Of a stretch of 64,000 bases of DNA, positions 9,568-19,741 are shown in pieces. The notes beneath the pieces are model-generated. The model saw nothing but the letters and a program-made list of their open reading frames with translations, searched no databases and was not told the origin of the DNA. Location of the stretch: positions 2,162 to 66,161 of the forward strand of contig JAPCJI010000008.1 of NCBI GenBank assembly GCA_027887005.1, in the 5' to 3' direction. The DNA is from Nitrososphaerota archaeon (GTDB lineage: Archaea > Thermoproteota > Nitrososphaeria > Nitrososphaerales > Gagatemarchaeaceae). The translations under genes were made by a program, and so were the position numbers. How positions within the stretch are numbered: position 1 is the first letter of the stretch; every line of letters begins with the position of its first letter.

Positions 9568-10422
9568 ATGCCCGTCGTCTACGCTTGCATAGCGCCGCAC
9601 GGGGGGGAGACTATCCCTTCCCTGGCCGGGGAGTCCCTCAGGTTATTCGCGCCAACGAGGGAGGGGATGAGGACCCTTGCGCGGGGGATGACCGCGTCGG
9701 CTCCAGACACCCTAGTCATAGCAACCCCGCACAACCTGCGGCTCCAGAAGCACATCGGGGTGGTGATCTCCGAGAACACCTCAGGGAGGCTGGCGGAGGG
9801 CAAGGCAGAAGTCAAGCTCAGGGCGAAGTGCGACCTCGAGCTTGGAAGGGCGTTGATTGACCAGGCCGAGGCCATGGGGCTCCCCGTGGCAGGCGCAAAC
9901 TACGGCGGTCTCGAAGGCCCGTCATCAGACCTTGCCATGGACTGGGGAACATTGGTCCCTCTCTGGTTCTTCTTGAAGGGACGGAGACGCAAGAGTAGGG
10001 TCCTGATCGTCACCCCTTCGAGAGGGATACCCTTGAAGCAGAACTTCGACTTCGGGAGAGCGGTGGCCGAGGTCGCGGCTGAGACTACGAAGCGCATAGC
10101 CTTCGTGGCGAGTTCGGACCAGGCCCACGCTCATAGAGAGGACGGGCCCTACGGGTTCAGTCCGCGGGCCGAGGAATACGACCGGAAGGTGGTCGAGGCG
10201 GTCCGCCGGAATAGGCTGGATTCGATTCTGGACTTCGACCCGAGCCTCATCGAGGCAGCGAAACCTGACAGCTTTTGGCAAATGGCCATGCTTGCTGGGG
10301 TCCTGTCGATGGTCCCGATGGATGGCAGGGTCGTGTCCTACCAGGTCCCGACCTACTATGGGATGCTCTGTGCGAGGTTTTCGAGGCGCCCAAGTCCTGG
10401 GGACAGGGCGCCTAGCGCTTGA
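9568..10422 (+). CDS. LigB/class III extradiol dioxygenase-like protein
   Basis: IAPHG, ATPH, MDWGTLVPL, ASSDQAHAH, YQVPTYYGM. Confidence 0.75.
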   Translation: MPVVYACIAPHGGETIPSLAGESLRLFAPTREGMRTLARGMTASAPDTLVIATPHNLRLQKHIGVVISENTSGRLAEGKAEVKLRAKCDLELGRALIDQAEAMGLPVAGANYGGLEGPSSDLAMDWGTLVPLWFFLKGRRRKSRVLIVTPSRGIPLKQNFDFGRAVAEVAAETTKRIAFVASSDQAHAHREDGPYGFSPRAEEYDRKVVEAVRRNRLDSILDFDPSLIEAAKPDSFWQMAMLAGVLSMVPMDGRVVSYQVPTYYGMLCARFSRRPSPGDRAPSA

Positions 10423-11116
10423 GGTGGTCGTAGACTTCGGCCAAGGACCCGATTCTTGGGCAGTCCACCCCAGTCTGGGTACCTTCCCTGTCGATTAGGA
10501 TTCCGTCGATTCCTGCGTTCCGCGCACCAACCACGTCGGATTCGTAGAGGTCGCCGACGTGAATGGTCTCTTCGGGCTGTACGCCCGACTGGCGCAGTGC
10601 TATCCGGAAAATCTCGGGGTGCGGCTTCGAATAGCCGACGACCCCGGATATGATAACGGTCCTGAGGTAGCGTGGAAGCCCTAGCGCGTCGACGGCCCTG
10701 CCCGTGTCGGGGGGAGCGTTGGAGACGAGCGCCATGATGTAGCCGTCCTTGGAGAGCCTCTCCAACAGAGGCAGCGCGTCGGAGTACAGCTCCAGGGGGA
10801 TCGTCTTCTCGAGCTCCGGCCACCTTTCGCCCGCTAGCCTCGCTATCCGCTCCGACTTTTCCGGAGCCCCCTTGGGGAAGAGGTCCAGGAAGACCTTCGC
10901 GTCCAGGTCCCTGTAGGCCCTGTCGGTCTGCTCAGGGTTCATCTTCCTGTTGCCATAGGTCGAAAGCCACCATGACTCGACCTTGAGGTAGGCGGTATGG
11001 ATTTGCTCGAGGCCAACCTCCATGCCTGCCTCGGCGAGGACGCTCCTGAACACCCTGTCTCTCCGCATGACGAGAAGGGTGCCTCCAAGGTCGAAGAAGA
11101 CTGCCTTTGTCCTCAT
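10412..11116 (-). CDS. HAD-superfamily hydrolase
   Basis: FFDLGGTL, VSN, KPHPEIF, HVGDLYESDVVGA. Confidence 0.88.
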   Translation of the reverse strand: MRTKAVFFDLGGTLLVMRRDRVFRSVLAEAGMEVGLEQIHTAYLKVESWWLSTYGNRKMNPEQTDRAYRDLDAKVFLDLFPKGAPEKSERIARLAGERWPELEKTIPLELYSDALPLLERLSKDGYIMALVSNAPPDTGRAVDALGLPRYLRTVIISGVVGYSKPHPEIFRIALRQSGVQPEETIHVGDLYESDVVGARNAGIDGILIDREGTQTGVDCPRIGSLAEVYDHLKR

Positions 11117-11159
11117 GGGTCTGGTTTTCGATTCCTGGGGCTAAATGGGTTTCCTGGCC

Positions 11160-11540
11160 CTAGAGGAAGAGGAGGCCGAGGGTGATCACAGAGAAGACGA
11201 TGGAAGTGATGCCGACGTACTTCCAGTCACGCTCGATGAGGTAGTACACCAGTGCCGCAATTATCCGGGCATATGGCGTCAGCATTAGGACGGCCACGCC
11301 GAGGGATGCGATTCCGGCGGGGTTTGCGCCGGAGAAGACCGAGGTGAGGCTATTCAATGCGAAGCCGAAGAAGTTTCCACCCTTCGCGAGCCATGCTGCC
11401 GATGGGACGGTCAGAGACGAGTCGCCTGTCTGCTGGTAGCTGAGCAGGATTCCCGCGGTTTCGAGGACGAGGCTGAGGCCGACTCCTGCTCGCAGAATCC
11501 AGCTTATTCCGACCTGGAGGGTCGTTCCTCGCGAACTCAA
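11160..11540 (-). CDS. DUF1634 membrane protein
   Basis: ISWILRAGV...LMLTPYARI...ERDWKYV; usual partner of TauE. Confidence 0.8.
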   Translation of the reverse strand: MSSRGTTLQVGISWILRAGVGLSLVLETAGILLSYQQTGDSSLTVPSAAWLAKGGNFFGFALNSLTSVFSGANPAGIASLGVAVLMLTPYARIIAALVYYLIERDWKYVGITSIVFSVITLGLLFL

Positions 11541-11541
11541 T

Positions 11542-12375
11542 TCAGGCCGACACCCCCTTGAAGAGCATTTCGACGATCAGGATGACCAGCACCACCATGA
11601 ACAGCAGACGGACCGATCTGTTGGTCATCCTCGGGAGGACTCGCGCCCCGCCGAACGAACCAATCGTCGTCCCGATTGCCAGGACGGCCGCGAGGTTCAC
11701 GTAGACCAGGCCTGACCAGATGTACACCGAAGCACCTGCAAGGGCGGTCATGCCGATTATGAAATTGCTGGTCGCCGAGGCCACCTTGGTGGGCATTCCC
11801 ATCACGATCTCCTGGACCGAAGTCTTGAAGGCCCCGGCACCGATTCCGAGCATCCCAGCTGCTATCCCTGCGACGACCATACCGGGGGCCGCCAAGAGAG
11901 GTCGAGTCAGCGAATAGGTAACCTGGGTTCCGCTCTGCTTGTCGAAGTAGGTCCCTTCGAGCTTCAGGGACCTCGCAAGACTGTCGGGCTGGACGGCGAC
12001 GGCCCGTCCTCCTTTCCTGCTGAAAATCCCGTAGAAGGACGTGAGGAGGAAAGCGGCGAAGAAGAAGTAGAGGTAGCGCGTCTGGCCGTTGACTAGGTAG
12101 CTGGTTACCACTGCGCCGATGATGGCGCCCACCGCAGTGAAGATCTCGAGGTAGAAGGCGGCCCTGATGTTGGAGAGGCCATCCCTGACGTAGGACGACG
12201 CCGAGCCGCTCGAGGTCGCGACTATGGCGACCATGCTTGCGCCGATGGCATATTGAATCGGGACCCCGAAGAAGACCAGGACCGGCGTAAGGATCAGAGA
12301 GCCGCCGATCCCGACTATGGAGCCCACGAGGCCTGCGAAGACTGCGAAGACGAGGGCCTCGAGTATTCCTATCAA
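11542..12375 (-). CDS. TauE/SafE sulfite-exporter family permease
   Basis: GSIVGIGG, VATSSGSA, GMLGIGAG, KVASATSNF. Confidence 0.85.
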   Translation of the reverse strand: MIGILEALVFAVFAGLVGSIVGIGGSLILTPVLVFFGVPIQYAIGASMVAIVATSSGSASSYVRDGLSNIRAAFYLEIFTAVGAIIGAVVTSYLVNGQTRYLYFFFAAFLLTSFYGIFSRKGGRAVAVQPDSLARSLKLEGTYFDKQSGTQVTYSLTRPLLAAPGMVVAGIAAGMLGIGAGAFKTSVQEIVMGMPTKVASATSNFIIGMTALAGASVYIWSGLVYVNLAAVLAIGTTIGSFGGARVLPRMTNRSVRLLFMVVLVILIVEMLFKGVSA

Positions 12376-12425
12376 TGGCTACTCCCGCTTTGAAGTTCGA
12401 TGTAGGCTATTTCAAAGTGCCCGCT

Positions 12426-13619
12426 TCAAGCTTCTTCGAGGGCGGAGACGATCTTCCGATGGGAAGCGTCGATGCCTTCGACTCCGGTGTTGAGGATGAT
12501 GCAGGGTACCTTCCAGTTCTCGAACATCTCCCTGAAGAAGGCGGCCTGCCTCTCGTTGTCGAGCTCCAGCAGGTAGGGGTTGTACCAGGGTTCGTTCGAA
12601 ATCGTCCCCCACTTCTCCTTGGGGCCGGCGCCAGGGAGAATCATATACTCCCCTTTCTGCAGGGTGGCGATTGCCTGATCGGGGGTCAGTGCCTCCTCTG
12701 CCGGGCTGTGGTCGTCCCTCCTCAGCAGGACCACGAGGTTGACAGGGACTTCGTCCACCACCTTTCCAGGGCCGAGGATTGCCTCTCTTTCGACCAGGAC
12801 TCGCGAGTTTCCAAAGGAGTAGTAGCACCAGTTCATCCCGTCGTTGAAAACGCATCTCTTGCCTGTCACTGAACAGTGGTCGGGCCCCTCCGGGTACTCG
12901 CAGTCCTCCTTCCGCATGGTCACGTTCTCGTTCATGGACCTGTCGAAGACACCCCGCAGCCAAGGCTGCTCCTTTTGGGATTCTGACCTCATGTAGAGGG
13001 CCCGCTCTGGCTGCCTGGCGACGAGGGGGGCCGACGGGCGTGGAGGCGCGGGGTCGGGGAAGGACACGTAGGCCCAGTCGTCTCCGCAGATCTTGCCCTC
13101 CTTGTTGAGGAATATCCTGAACGATTGGGTCGTCTTCCCGGTGCCAGTCGGGGCGATAATCACGACACCCTTTCCCTTGTAGAGGGCAGTGGCTCCGTGG
13201 ATTGACAGGGTGTTGAAACTCTTCTCCAGTATCGCTGCGGCGATTCCCAGAGCCCAGGATTTGCACTGGCCGTAGTATTCCGTGTTCAGGAAGAGGGCAG
13301 TGTGGAGCTCAGGGCAGTACTGGGCGGAAGGATCGGCTCCTTCGACCCCGGTGACGGAATAGATCTGCGCCTGGGAGGCAAGGCCGTCCGCAGCGGGCCA
13401 CCAATTCTTTCCCCAGAAGGCGGCCTGGTGGTCGCTGTTGGTGATGAGCTCGACAACGATCCCGTTCAGGTTGGCCTTCAACGACATCGCCTGCGATCGG
13501 TCCAGGGTATCCTTCGCCTTTCTGAGCAGGGGGAGGAATTCGGCTTTCGGGGCGTTCTTGTTCCCCTTCACCCGAGACCTGGACTGCGTGATGTAGTTGT
13601 GCAGACCCGGGGCGGACAT
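12426..13619 (-). CDS. Divergent ATP-dependent PEP carboxykinase-like / HPr-kinase-superfamily protein
   Basis: YYGQCKS, SIHGA, P-loop APTGTGKTT, GDD, NSR; 397 aa. Confidence 0.6.
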   Translation of the reverse strand: MSAPGLHNYITQSRSRVKGNKNAPKAEFLPLLRKAKDTLDRSQAMSLKANLNGIVVELITNSDHQAAFWGKNWWPAADGLASQAQIYSVTGVEGADPSAQYCPELHTALFLNTEYYGQCKSWALGIAAAILEKSFNTLSIHGATALYKGKGVVIIAPTGTGKTTQSFRIFLNKEGKICGDDWAYVSFPDPAPPRPSAPLVARQPERALYMRSESQKEQPWLRGVFDRSMNENVTMRKEDCEYPEGPDHCSVTGKRCVFNDGMNWCYYSFGNSRVLVEREAILGPGKVVDEVPVNLVVLLRRDDHSPAEEALTPDQAIATLQKGEYMILPGAGPKEKWGTISNEPWYNPYLLELDNERQAAFFREMFENWKVPCIILNTGVEGIDASHRKIVSALEEA

Positions 13620-13803
13620 GGAAACGATTCCGACGAGGCCGAGCTTGTGGCCTTAAAACAATTCGTGGGTTCTGGGAAGTGTATCCAGCTGTCGAAGTCG
13701 CTCGATGAATCTTCGAGGCGTGGTCGGCTTTATTACAACCCCGGGCCCCAGGCCCGCTGTGAAGAGTTCGGGTCTTCTCCGCCAAAGCGAGCAGCCCGCG
13801 AGG

Positions 13804-14052
13804 ATGGGGAGACCCTGGCCTGTGGCGCCGGTAGTGGCCACCATATTGGTAATCATAGCCTGGCTAGTCTTCATACTCCTCTACGCCCTTTATTGGTCGA
13901 ACGGGTACAGCCTGTTTCAGAACGTCATCGTCACCATAGTTTCGCTGGTCATCACAGCCCTGCTGGTAAGCGTGGGATGGGTCATCTGGGGCTCCAGGCA
14001 CCACTGGGATTTTGCGGAATACGGTTGGGAATCCCAACACAAGAAAGAGTAG
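13804..14052 (+). CDS. Small two-TM membrane protein
   Basis: ATG at 13804; two hydrophobic helices flanking YSLFQN. Confidence 0.65.
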   Translation: MGRPWPVAPVVATILVIIAWLVFILLYALYWSNGYSLFQNVIVTIVSLVITALLVSVGWVIWGSRHHWDFAEYGWESQHKKE

Positions 14053-14165
14053 TCTTCTGAAGGTCGGGGAAGCCACTCGTCCTCCAGCTTGCGGGCTGCG
14101 TTGCATGTCGCGCACGGTCGCCTTCAGTCAAACGTAAAAACCCACTCCAGAGGGGACTGTCTGCG

Positions 14166-15302
14166 TTGATAGGGGGGGTCGCGAAGGAGACAGTAGAAGG
14201 CGAGAAGCGGGTCGCTCTGACACCAGAATCTGTTCCGAAGATCAAGCAGATGACCGTGGCAGTCGAGAAGGGCGCCGGAGGTGCCGCGGGCTTCTCAGAT
14301 TCCGCCTACGAAGAAGCCGGGGCGCGGGTAGTCCCCGACTCGAAGGCACTCTATCAAGAAGCGGACTTGATAATGAAAATCAGGCCGCCCTCCCCGGGAG
14401 AAGCCGTCCTGTTCAGGGATGGGAGCGCCCTGATCTCATATCTCTATCCGCTCAACAATCTGGAGGCGATGAAGATGCTTGCCGAGAGACGGGTCACTGC
14501 GTTCGCTCTCGACTTGCTGCCCCGCATCAGCCGCGCTCAGTCCATGGACACCCTTTCTTCCCAGGCTAACCTGGCAGGATACAGGGCGGTCACCCTTGCC
14601 GCGGATTCACTCCCGAAGCTCTTCCCCCTGATGATGACTGCCGCTGGTACCATAGCACCGGCCAGGGTCTTCGTCCTTGGGGCGGGGGTCTCAGGGCTCC
14701 AGGCGATCGCCACTGCCCACAGGTTGGGGGCTGTGGTCGAGGCATACGATGTGCGGCCGACGGTGAAGGAGCAGATCGAAAGCCTTGGCGCGAAGTTCGT
14801 CGAGCTCCCCATCCAGGCCCAGGATGCCCAGACCGCTGGAGGATACGCGAAGGCCCAGAGCGATGAATTCTACAGGAAGCAGCAGGAGCTCCTGGCCGAG
14901 CACACCAGGACGGCTGACGTGGTCATAGCCACCGCCCTCGTGCCTGGGAAGAAGGCCCCGAACCTAATCTCCGAGGAAGCGGTCAAGGGGATGCGCCCAG
15001 GCTCGGTTATCATCGACCTGGCAGCCGAGCAGGGGGGGAATTGCTCGCTGACTGAACCCGGAAAGACCGTCGTGAAGTATGGAGTGATCATCAAGGGCCC
15101 TCTGGATGTCCCGTCGACCATGGCTCCCCAAGCCAGCCAGCTCTTCTCCAGGAACGTCACCGCTTTCCTGGGAGCATTGGTGAAGGATGGAGCTTTGAAC
15201 CTGGACATGAAAGACCAGGTCGTCAGGGACCCCATGGTGCTCCTCAAGGGGGAGGTCGTCTACGGTCCGTTGAAGGAGGCATTGGCGGGGAGTAAGCAAT
15301 GA
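14166..15302 (+). CDS. pntAA: NAD(P) transhydrogenase alpha-1 subunit (domain I)
   Basis: GEKRVALTP, RISRAQSMDTLSSQANLAGY, GAGVSGLQA, GGYAK, DLAAEQGGNC. Confidence 0.95.
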   Translation: MIGGVAKETVEGEKRVALTPESVPKIKQMTVAVEKGAGGAAGFSDSAYEEAGARVVPDSKALYQEADLIMKIRPPSPGEAVLFRDGSALISYLYPLNNLEAMKMLAERRVTAFALDLLPRISRAQSMDTLSSQANLAGYRAVTLAADSLPKLFPLMMTAAGTIAPARVFVLGAGVSGLQAIATAHRLGAVVEAYDVRPTVKEQIESLGAKFVELPIQAQDAQTAGGYAKAQSDEFYRKQQELLAEHTRTADVVIATALVPGKKAPNLISEEAVKGMRPGSVIIDLAAEQGGNCSLTEPGKTVVKYGVIIKGPLDVPSTMAPQASQLFSRNVTAFLGALVKDGALNLDMKDQVVRDPMVLLKGEVVYGPLKEALAGSKQ

Positions 15303-15604
15303 CGCCCCTCACCTCCGCGGACCTTGAGGTTGACCTGCTGATCTTCCTCCTCTCGACCCTCCTTGGGCAGGAGCTCATCAGGCATGTTTCGCGCCTTCTC
15401 CACACTCCCCTGATGGCCCTGACCAATGCAATCTCATCAGTCTCGTTCGTGGCTGCCCTGATCGTGCTTTCGGAGCCTGGCAGCGAGTTGGTCTCGCTCT
15501 TGGCCGGGGTCGCGGTGGCACTGGCGGCGACGAACATCGTGAGTGGGTTCCTGATCACCGACCGGATCCTGAGGCTCTTCGAGAGGAGGAAGCCGAAGAA
15601 ATGA
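15299..15604 (+). CDS. pntAB: NAD(P) transhydrogenase alpha-2 membrane subunit
   Basis: LHTPLMALTNAISS, NIVSGFLITDRILRLF. Confidence 0.93.
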   Translation: MTPLTSADLEVDLLIFLLSTLLGQELIRHVSRLLHTPLMALTNAISSVSFVAALIVLSEPGSELVSLLAGVAVALAATNIVSGFLITDRILRLFERRKPKK

Positions 15605-16989
15605 GCGACCTTCTGGTTGAGTACCTGTACATCGTGTCCGCTGTGCTCTTCGTGCTTTCGCTGAAGTTCATGAGCGAGGTCAGGACCTCCCGGCTGGGAA
15701 ACTTCTGCGGCGTCGCTGGCATGGGTCTGGCTGTGGTGGCGACCCTGGGCGCCTTCCAGGTCGGACGCGTGGACCTTCTGGTGGGAGGGGTAATCATCGG
15801 AGCCGCCCTCGGGGCCCCCATAGGCCTCAAGGTGGCGATGACGGCCGTGCCGCAGAGGACGGCCATGTCCCACGCGTTCGGGTCGCTCGCGGTAGCCCTG
15901 GTCGGGGCGGCAGAGTACTACCAGGGAGCCCCTGCGATTGACACGTTCACGCTTTCTGTGCTTTCAGCGGAGATGATCCTCGGCTTCCTGACCTTCACGG
16001 GAAGCTGCCTGGCCTTTGCGAAGCTCCAGGGGTTGATCACCGGCAGGCCAATCCTGTTCCGTGGGAGGACTGTAGTCAGCCTCACGACCCTTGGCGCTGC
16101 CGTCGCTTCAGGTGTGCTCCTCGTCGCCTACCCAGGTCAAGAGTACCTCCTCCCTGTGATGGCCGCCCTGGCGCTCCTCTTCGGCTTCCAGCTCGTGGTC
16201 GCCATTGGTGGGGCGGACATGCCCACGGTCATCGCGATCCTCAACTCGTTCGCGGGGCTTTCGGCGGCCGCCCTGGGATTCGTCCTAAACAACAAGCTGC
16301 TCATTGTTGCTGGGTCCCTCGACGGGTCGTCGGGGCTGATCCTCGCCCTGATCATGAGCAAGGCCATGAACCGGTCCTTCGTGAACATACTCTTCGCCGG
16401 GGTCGGGGCGCACCCGGTAGCAGCCGCGGTCCAGCCAGGAGAGCAAGGCAGGACCGCCCAGACCTACACCGTCGAGGACGTGGCGACCATCCTGGCGAAC
16501 GCCCAGCGGGTGGTCTTCGCCCCCGGGTACGGCCTCGCGGTGGCCCAGGCCCAGCACGTGGTCAAGGAGCTGGCTGACGTCCTGCAGGCGAGGGGGGTCG
16601 ATGTGAAGTACGCCATACACCCGGTGGCCGGGCGCATGCCGGGGCACATGAACGTCCTGCTGGCGGAGGCCCAGGTCCCCTACGAGCAGCTCTGGGAGAT
16701 GGACCGGATCAACCCGCTCTTCCCCGAGACGGACGTGGTCATGGTAGTCGGGGCGAACGACGTCACGAACCCCGCGGCGAGGACGAGGGCCGACTCGCCC
16801 CTGTACGGAATGCCGATTCTGGACGTGGACAAGGCGAAGACGGTCGTATTCATCAAGCGGTCCATGGGGGCGGGCTTCTCGGGAGTCGAGAACGACCTAT
16901 TCTACAACCCCAACACGATGATGGTCCTCGGGGACGCGAAGAAGGTGGTCGGGGAGCTCGTCTCAGCGATGAGGAAGCAGAGCACCTAG
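15601..16989 (+). CDS. pntB: NAD(P) transhydrogenase beta subunit
   Basis: GGADMPTVI, MNRSF, PGYGLAVAQAQ, HPVAGRMPGHMNVLLAEA, GANDVTNPAA, KRSM. Confidence 0.96.
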   Translation: MSDLLVEYLYIVSAVLFVLSLKFMSEVRTSRLGNFCGVAGMGLAVVATLGAFQVGRVDLLVGGVIIGAALGAPIGLKVAMTAVPQRTAMSHAFGSLAVALVGAAEYYQGAPAIDTFTLSVLSAEMILGFLTFTGSCLAFAKLQGLITGRPILFRGRTVVSLTTLGAAVASGVLLVAYPGQEYLLPVMAALALLFGFQLVVAIGGADMPTVIAILNSFAGLSAAALGFVLNNKLLIVAGSLDGSSGLILALIMSKAMNRSFVNILFAGVGAHPVAAAVQPGEQGRTAQTYTVEDVATILANAQRVVFAPGYGLAVAQAQHVVKELADVLQARGVDVKYAIHPVAGRMPGHMNVLLAEAQVPYEQLWEMDRINPLFPETDVVMVVGANDVTNPAARTRADSPLYGMPILDVDKAKTVVFIKRSMGAGFSGVENDLFYNPNTMMVLGDAKKVVGELVSAMRKQST

Positions 16990-17024
16990 ACTTCCCACAC
17001 TGGGACGGCGGGAATGTGACGCAG

Positions 17025-17570
17025 TCACTCTTGCTGGACATACGGTCTGATGAGTTCCGCTTCTGACAGTGGCTGTCTCTTGAACCAGACCACCTCGATT
17101 ACACCAAAGGTCTTCTTCAGGCCGTCCTGTATTTTGGCCATCAACGCCTGAACGTCTTCTCGTGACATCTTCTCGCCCTGCTCCTTGTGCGAACGGAGTT
17201 CCATTATGGTTTCGTTTATGGACGAGATCAATTCGATAGGCCCGACGTGGCTAGCGTTTTCCCTCGCCATCTTCAGACACGAGGAGATGGATGAGCTAGT
17301 TTCCTGCCACATGAGCATGATCAGCGCTTCATGGGGGGTCTTTGAGCTCAAGCCCCAGGCGGATGAGATCCTTTCCAAGGCCTGATAGAACCCCTTTTCG
17401 GTACTGGAAGTTGAGAGGAGTGCGGCTGCGTCCAGAGCCCTACAGATGTTTTCCGCACGCTCCAGCCATCGCCCCATCCAGATTAGGTTGTAGACCCGCG
17501 AATCCGTTAGCCACCTGTCCTTGGCAAAGACGACAGAACGAGGGTCTTCCGATGGCTTCGCGCCAGCCAT
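17025..17570 (-). CDS. Alpha-E domain protein (short, single ER repeat)
   Basis: LIWMGRWLERAENICR and SSISSCLKMARENA, characteristic of alpha-E. Confidence 0.8.
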   Translation of the reverse strand: MAGAKPSEDPRSVVFAKDRWLTDSRVYNLIWMGRWLERAENICRALDAAALLSTSSTEKGFYQALERISSAWGLSSKTPHEALIMLMWQETSSSISSCLKMARENASHVGPIELISSINETIMELRSHKEQGEKMSREDVQALMAKIQDGLKKTFGVIEVVWFKRQPLSEAELIRPYVQQE

Positions 17571-17591
17571 GAGGTTATTCGGACACTACGG

Positions 17592-18452
17592 CTAATATGT
17601 GTTTGTCCTGGTCGCAGAAGCGAAGACTCGACTCAACCCTCCCGTGCCAGTCGACAGGAAGGTTCCGTTGACTGGTGAGACATCGGTATAGTCTCGCCCC
17701 ACAGCTAGTTTCAGGTAGTTTGTTCCTGCGTCGATCATTATTGCCTTCGTTGGGTCGGCCGGCAGCCACCCACATTGTGGATGGAGAAACTCAAGGTACG
17801 CATGGGTGTCACCATCCTGGCCCGTTAGGATGCAGCTCACGTAACGGGAAGGTATCCACAGCGACCTAAGGATGCCCAACGCCAAGTGGACCTTATCCTG
17901 GCAGACACCCCTGCCGTTGGCTAGCACCTGGTGTGCTTCCGTTAGGACAGTAGTAGTGCCCTTCTCGTACTTGATGTTGTCATGCACCCACTGGGTTATC
18001 TTTCCGACAGTATCCAGGAGGCTGTCAGAATCCCCCGCAATTTTCACGGCTAGGTCACGCAGGAGTAAGGGCTTCACCAGGGGCGAGGGGGAGAGAAAGT
18101 TCGTCACGTCCTGGTTGAAGTTCATGTTCTGTAGCTGTGCGTCGGGATACGGTCCGTGCCAGGGTGCAAGCCTGAATTCTCCCTGTGAGACGATGCTCAG
18201 TTCCTTGTGCCTGGTCGTCACCTTGATGCGCCGGACGATGTTGCCGTAGTCGTCGCTGAATTCTACGTATGCGGAGGGCGGAGAGGTCACCACATCGTAG
18301 CTATCGAGGAAAGTGTGGTCGTCCATGTGCGGTATGACGCGCAGGAAATCGTCGTTCTGAAGCACGTAATCCGAGTACCGGTAGACCGTTTCGTACTTGT
18401 ACCGTCCAGCGAACTCGGTCTGGCCTATTTGAGAACCCATGTTGGCTTGCAC
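17592..18452 (-). CDS. Transglutaminase-like protein with N-terminal Bact_transglu_N domain
   Basis: DDYGN, GVCQD (Cys), RYVS, THAY (His), GWLPADPT (Asp), AVGRDYTDVSP. Confidence 0.9.
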   Translation of the reverse strand: MQANMGSQIGQTEFAGRYKYETVYRYSDYVLQNDDFLRVIPHMDDHTFLDSYDVVTSPPSAYVEFSDDYGNIVRRIKVTTRHKELSIVSQGEFRLAPWHGPYPDAQLQNMNFNQDVTNFLSPSPLVKPLLLRDLAVKIAGDSDSLLDTVGKITQWVHDNIKYEKGTTTVLTEAHQVLANGRGVCQDKVHLALGILRSLWIPSRYVSCILTGQDGDTHAYLEFLHPQCGWLPADPTKAIMIDAGTNYLKLAVGRDYTDVSPVNGTFLSTGTGGLSRVFASATRTNTY

Positions 18453-19741
18453 GACCCACCGGAAGAGTTGTTGGTAATCCTTGTGTTGGCTCGGGCAACA
18501 CGTGTAAGCCCACCTGGAAAGACGGTCACCCTGCCCTCCCCGTCCTGCACCGCGTAGACCCGGAGGTCGATGTATCGTTCCTGAAACCCTCCTGACTTCC
18601 TATCGAATACCACGTGCTTTGAGAAGTCCAGCGGCTCCTGCGCTATGAAAGCGAATGGCCTGTCGATGATCCGTTGCGACATCTCTTTGCGGTGACTCTG
18701 ATCAAGATCCTGCATGATGTAGACTCCGAGTCCCCCGTACCCCTCCCTCGCCTTGAAGACCAGTTTACCAATGTTCTGGAGCGCAAACTGCCTGACCTTC
18801 GGATCCATGAGGTTGTAGGCCTTGGCGTTGGGTAGGATCGGTTCTTGCCCAAGGTAGCGGCGTATCATCTCCGGCACCCACAGGTATACCAGCTTGTCGT
18901 CCGCAACCCCTGTACCCAGCGCGTTCACGAGAATTACCTTGCCCTGCCGGTACGCTTCAGTAAGGCCCGGGACAAAGAGCTCTAGGTCTTCCACCCTTCG
19001 GTAGATGAGGTCGACCCTGACGTCCCCGTCGATGGTCCTGGCCCGGACTGTCCCGTCCTCAGCTATGAAGAGGTCGGAGCCTTCGACAAGAGGAATCCCT
19101 AGTATTTCGGATAGGTACCGATGCTCGAAGAACGCCGGGCCGTAGCTGCCATCGGTCAGGATGACACAGGCCGGCGAGCGGGTGTTGCAAAGAGATTCGA
19201 AGAGTCGCAGGTAGGTGCTGCGTATCTCGTAGTCTCTCACTCGGTACGGTCGCTTCAGTTCAGGGATGGCTCTTTCTGTGAGGTTCCTGCACTTGAGTTG
19301 GTACGATATTCCTGAAGGGATGCGCAGGTTGTCTTCCAGGACCACGTAGTTCCCGTCGCCTAGGTTCACAAGGTCGACGCCATAGATGTGCGCGTAGACG
19401 TCCTTGGCCGGCCTTACCATCTGGAGAGCGGGGTTGAAGTTGACTGAAGAGTAGACGACGCTCTTGGGGACCACGTCCTGCTTGCCGCAGTAGAGTTCCA
19501 GGAGGAACTTGTTGATCGCCCTTAGGCGCTGTTCGACGCCAGCGGCTATGCGTGACCACTCCTCGCGTCCGATCAGCCTGGGAACCCAGTCGATTGGGAC
19601 GGGCCTCCAACGGTGCGGGTCAAGCTGGAAGGTGAACGAGTCCAACTCAACCTGCCGGTTCGCGTTCGACCACCTCTTGCCGATCTCCCTTGCGCCGAGA
19701 CCGTTGATGGTCTCGATCATCTTAGAATAGGGAGCCCTCAC
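18425..19741 (-). CDS. Circularly permuted ATP-grasp (glutathione synthetase-like) peptide ligase
   Basis: GVEQRLRAIN, VLEDNLRIPSGISY, FFEH, IYRR, NALGTGVADDK, GYGG, DLR, PGGLTRVA, NSSGGSCKPTWV; true start probably upstream (see findings). Confidence 0.9.
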   Translation of the reverse strand: MRAPYSKMIETINGLGAREIGKRWSNANRQVELDSFTFQLDPHRWRPVPIDWVPRLIGREEWSRIAAGVEQRLRAINKFLLELYCGKQDVVPKSVVYSSVNFNPALQMVRPAKDVYAHIYGVDLVNLGDGNYVVLEDNLRIPSGISYQLKCRNLTERAIPELKRPYRVRDYEIRSTYLRLFESLCNTRSPACVILTDGSYGPAFFEHRYLSEILGIPLVEGSDLFIAEDGTVRARTIDGDVRVDLIYRRVEDLELFVPGLTEAYRQGKVILVNALGTGVADDKLVYLWVPEMIRRYLGQEPILPNAKAYNLMDPKVRQFALQNIGKLVFKAREGYGGLGVYIMQDLDQSHRKEMSQRIIDRPFAFIAQEPLDFSKHVVFDRKSGGFQERYIDLRVYAVQDGEGRVTVFPGGLTRVARANTRITNNSSGGSCKPTWVLK

